A stretch of 64,000 nucleotides of DNA from Macrostomum hystrix. Lineage: Eukaryota; Animalia; Platyhelminthes. Below the pieces are notes generated by a model. The model made no database searches. It saw only the letters and a list, made by a program, of their open reading frames with translations, and was not told where the DNA came from. A program made the translations under genes and the position numbers. Positions 60,701-64,000 of the stretch are shown piece after piece; position 1 is the first letter of the stretch; every line of letters starts with the position of its first letter. Location: positions 1,302,001-1,366,000 of the forward strand of contig CATNEN010000033.1 of assembly GCA_950097015.1 (NCBI GenBank), given 5' to 3'.

Positions 60701-63447
60701 ACTGTGTTCATTCCCTTATGCTTCAGTTCAGCCAGCATTAGCCATGAACTGTGTTCATTCCCTTATGCTTCAGTTCACCCGGCATTAGCCATGAACTGTG
60801 TTCATTCCCTTATGCTTCAGTTCAGCCAGCATTAGCCATGAACTGTGTTCATTCCCTTATGCTTCAGTTCAGCCAGCATTAGCCATGAACTGTGTTCATT
60901 ACCTTATGCTTCAGTTCAGCCAGCATTAGCCATGAACTGTGTTCATTACCTTATGCTTCAGTTCAGCCAGCATTAGCCATGAACTGTGTTCATTCCCTTA
61001 TGCTTCAGTTCAGCCAGCATTAGCCATGAACTGTGTTCATTCCCTTATGCTTCAGTTCACCCAGCATTAGCCATGAACTGTGTTCATTCCCTTATGCTTC
61101 AGTTCAGCCAGCATTAGCCATGAACTGTGTTCATTCCCTTATGCTTCAGTTCAGCCAGCATTAGCCATGAACTGTGTTCATTCCCTTATGCTTCAGTTCA
61201 GCCAGCATTAGCCATGAACTGTGTTCATTCCCTTATGCTTCAGTTCAGCCAGCATTAGCCATGAACTGTGTTCATTCCCTTATGCTTCAGTTCAGCCAGC
61301 ATTAGCCATGAACTGTGTTCATTCCCTTATGCTTCAGTTCAGCCAGCATTAGCCATGAACTGTGTTCATTCCCTTATGCTTCAGTTCAGCCAGCTTTAGC
61401 CATGAACTGTGTTCATTCCCTTATGCTTCAGTTCAGCCAGCATTAGCCATGAACTGTGTTCATTCCCTTATGCTTCAGTTCAGCCAGCTTTAGCCATGAA
61501 CTGTGTTGTATACAGCTTCTGGATGTGCTGTGCCATTAGCGTTTTGCGTTTTGTGTTTACATCGAGTTGGGCTAGTGTGCAAGCGTCTATCTATCTGTAA
61601 TAAAACTTGATTAGATAAGCAGCAGCAAGCCAGACGCGCAGTTAAAAATTTTATTTCTACGAAATTAGGATTAGTTTGGCACTGTAAAATTGTGAGTGAA
61701 TCAAATCCAAAATAAGTTTTTAAAACAGCTTTCTTTGCTAAAAAGTGGCTTTTTATATTGGCAGCCGAAACAAGAATTTCACGCATTTTAGTACATCTGC
61801 AATTAAAAATCTGCAGGGGAGCCAGGTGGGAATTTCATGACGGATTTGGTGGAAAAATACTCTACAGTCCATTGTCACTTGTTGATTATTCAGCCTGAAA
61901 TTGACGAAACAAGTGTGCCTTTCTTAGAACTGTTAATATTATTTGGCCTCGATGTAAGCATTGTTCGATTTTATTTACCGAAATACCATTCGACCAATAG
62001 ACATACGACTCACATCTCGATCAGACGACCCACATCCTATTCAACTCATATCCCGTTCGACCCATAATTCAATCCACATCCCACTACCTTCATCTAAATG
62101 CCATTAAACTGAGCCTTCTTAATCCCAGTCGAATGGCATCCGTTCCACTTGAAAGCTTGTTAGTAAGAAATACCCCTATAAGCTATGCTCTACAAACACA
62201 GCTCTACGTACATACTCTGAATCAATGACTCAGACACCCACCTGACTGGTGCCAGCCGTTCTCGGGCTGGCGATCGAGTCGCACCGCCGGCGACCTGCTA
62301 TCCTGCGAGACGTCGCCGCTTCGACTGCCACCGCTGCCAGCTAGCTCCACCGGAGTCAGTTCTCGGCCGCAGGCAATGAAGGTGTCGTGGTCCTTAAACT
62401 CGCGAAAGAGCTGGGAGAAGCTTTCCACCTGCATAGCGACGAGTTCAGGTGTTATAATTAGCACTTTAAGGACGAATTTTCGACTAGGCGAACCGATTAT
62501 GAATCCTCAAGCCAAGACAAGTCGATCGACTCACCCGCCTGTATGGAGGCAGCGCGGTGTACAAAGCCCGCACCGGGGGCCCGGACATGATCAACAGGCT
62601 GGCGAAGTCAGCCAGTAGGTCCTCGAACATCAGCCTCGTGCCTGGATTCACCAGCACTTTCTCGCGCGAGCCGCGATGCGTATTGCTCACGACGGTGATC
62701 AGACGGATTCCGCGAGGCGGCACCGACTGCGAGGAACTTGTCGACGATTTGTCGGCGCCGTTTCGACGATGGTAGTGCCGACTGTCCCGCCTGGCCAGCA
62801 GGCGAATGTCTGCTTGGCGCATCCGGCCGGCCACAGAGCTGGGGTCACGTGCTTCCGTCAACCATGGCTTCTCGCTGACGTCGACAGCGGTGCCGTCGCC
62901 GCTGCCATAGTCGAGTCCGCGGACGAGACGTCGGACGCCGGAAACAGCGTACCGGCCACCCGGCTGCAGATCAGCGACGTCTCGCACCGGACGACCGTCT
63001 GGCAGGCGCAGGATGTGGCGGACTCCGGAAGTTGTCGGGATCTTCTCGCCCAACCAGACGAGCAGTGACTCCATGGAGACGAAGGCCTTCTGGCTGATGG
63101 ACGCGTTGAGGCCCTTGAAGTACGGATCGCCATTGCGGTAGAATGTGACAAGACGGCCGCGTCTCGAGCCGACATGGATGCCGGTGGCCTGGGCGGAGAT
63201 GTCTGCGCGAGTAGACGGGAGGTGCGGCAAGAATCGAGTCGGTGCGACACCATCAGGAAATGTGGGCTTGAGTTTATGAACTTTGAAGATTGGATTCGAC
63301 CTCTTAGATTGAAAGCCTCTTGAAGTCTCTGACCTCTGCACGAAACAACTCACCTGGTAGTCTCAATCGCTGCTCATGAGTCAGCGGCTCTGGAAAGTAA
63401 TTCTCAGAGTCCGAGTCCCGATAATCCCAGTAGCCATTTGCTGCCAT
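54781..63447 (-). CDS. DCX-EMAP: Doublecortin-domain EMAP-like protein (2x DCX + HELP + WD40/TAPE), 12 exons, 1068 aa
   Basis: In-phase exons 63354-63447, 62535-63202, 62242-62428, 59548-59712, 58506-58686, 57239-57968, 56926-57039, 56382-56829, 56217-56249, 55936-56151, 55389-55591, 54781-54948 (3207 nt). DCX motifs VTFYRNGDPYFKG and DTFIACGRE; HELP-like YWLHG...QRHYTGH...CLDCHP; EML-type IRIWD, GHSSPVRRLDWS and VRAYP. The symbol follows the Drosophila architecture. Two donors (GTTCGT, GTTTGT) are weak. Confidence 0.87.
55115..55228 (+). mobile_element. Fragment of SINE family A
   Basis: GGGCACAGTGAGAGTGTACACTGCCTGACGATGAGGAACTCAGGGCAGATGTATACAC body segment. Confidence 0.75.
58155..58325 (+). 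mobile_element. Fragment of SINE family B (CORE-like)
   Basis: TGTGTCCTTCAGCAAAG...GTGCCTCAGTTCAGCAGCTGTTAAAT...CCCCCAGTCCTTGGACTGAACAGCTGTAC matches the 7435 copy. Confidence 0.78.
59155..59485 (+). mobile_element. tRNA-derived SINE, family A
   Basis: GGGGGTGAGTGACAGAGCAG head, CCAAGGTCCCTGAGCTCGATTCC, shared body and 3' end, TAT tail. Confidence 0.85.
59908..61505. repeat. 47-bp minisatellite (TTCATTCCCTTATGCTTCAGTTCAGCCAGCATTAGCCATGAACTGTG), 34 copies, embedded in a SINE-B remnant
   Basis: Direct periodicity (1598/47 = 34); B-box head upstream (GAGTTCGATTC ~59858) and SINE-like continuation downstream. Confidence 0.97.
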
Positions 63448-64000
63448 GGGTTCGGCCATGAACGCGGAAGGAGTTTGTGGTTACAAGCCCCTAGCTTCTA
63501 TCGGCTAGCACGACGCCTAGAAACTGTAGCCCCGCTCGCTAATCTACAGCTCGCACGACTATCAAAAGGTGTGCTCAAAAATGAGAGGTTGGTTAGAGAA
63601 GGACTTAATTGGACACTAAGAAAATGTGAATTTAAAGCTGCTCACACTGCGCCTACATGAGTTCATCACTGTGTAGTCAGTACAGCTCAGCTCAGTGTGA
63701 ACAGAGAGGAAAGAAAAAAATGGTGCAACAATAGGCCAACCTCAATACTTCATCTTTATTACTCTGTTCTACTCAGATCTTGTCTGAAACTCTCAGAGGT
63801 TCAATTGTTCAACTAGCGAATAGAAAAGCACTGTGCGGGTGGATCAACTTCGCCTCATTAAACCTGTGAATTCCGCTGCTTGGCCTTGTACATAATGCAT
63901 TAATGTAACCAGACAGCACTCATTGAAATCTACTTGACTGGCACGTTTACACATAATGAGGAGATAAACAATCTGCTTTACTGCGATGACTTAGTAATAT

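Overview
Eukaryotic (animal) genomic DNA with spliceosomal introns, rich in minisatellites and transposons. The organism is not determinable from sequence alone; the composition is reminiscent of a free-living flatworm such as Macrostomum, which is a guess. Host genes, mostly on the - strand: (1) a small single-pass membrane protein (1413-1655); (2) a ~31-kb multi-exon SCYL2-like pseudokinase/HEAT gene (ATG 40444, probable stop 9458) whose introns hold at least seven minisatellite arrays; (3) nested antisense in that gene, a secreted neuropeptide precursor with 13 identical FSAPGTYDW peptides (14237-14824, +); (4) two tandem 3-exon ankyrin-repeat paralogs with an IkB-like layout (41757-43785, 51463-53247); (5) a complete 12-exon tandem-DCX + HELP + WD40 gene (DCX-EMAP-like, 54781-63447). 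Between the ankyrin paralogs is a nested mobile structure: a decayed Crypton-like tyrosine-recombinase gene bracketed by imperfect inverted repeats and sub-terminal hairpins (45040-51348). An apparently intact THAP/P-element transposon (128-bp perfect TIRs, 8-bp TSD, one intron) is inserted into it. Also present: a decayed Ty3/Gypsy element, a MITE with an 8-bp TSD, and two tRNA-derived SINE families, one MIR/CORE-like, one copy of which appears to have spawned a 34-copy 47-bp minisatellite. All exon models and family assignments were made by eye and from recalled motifs; no database searches were run.
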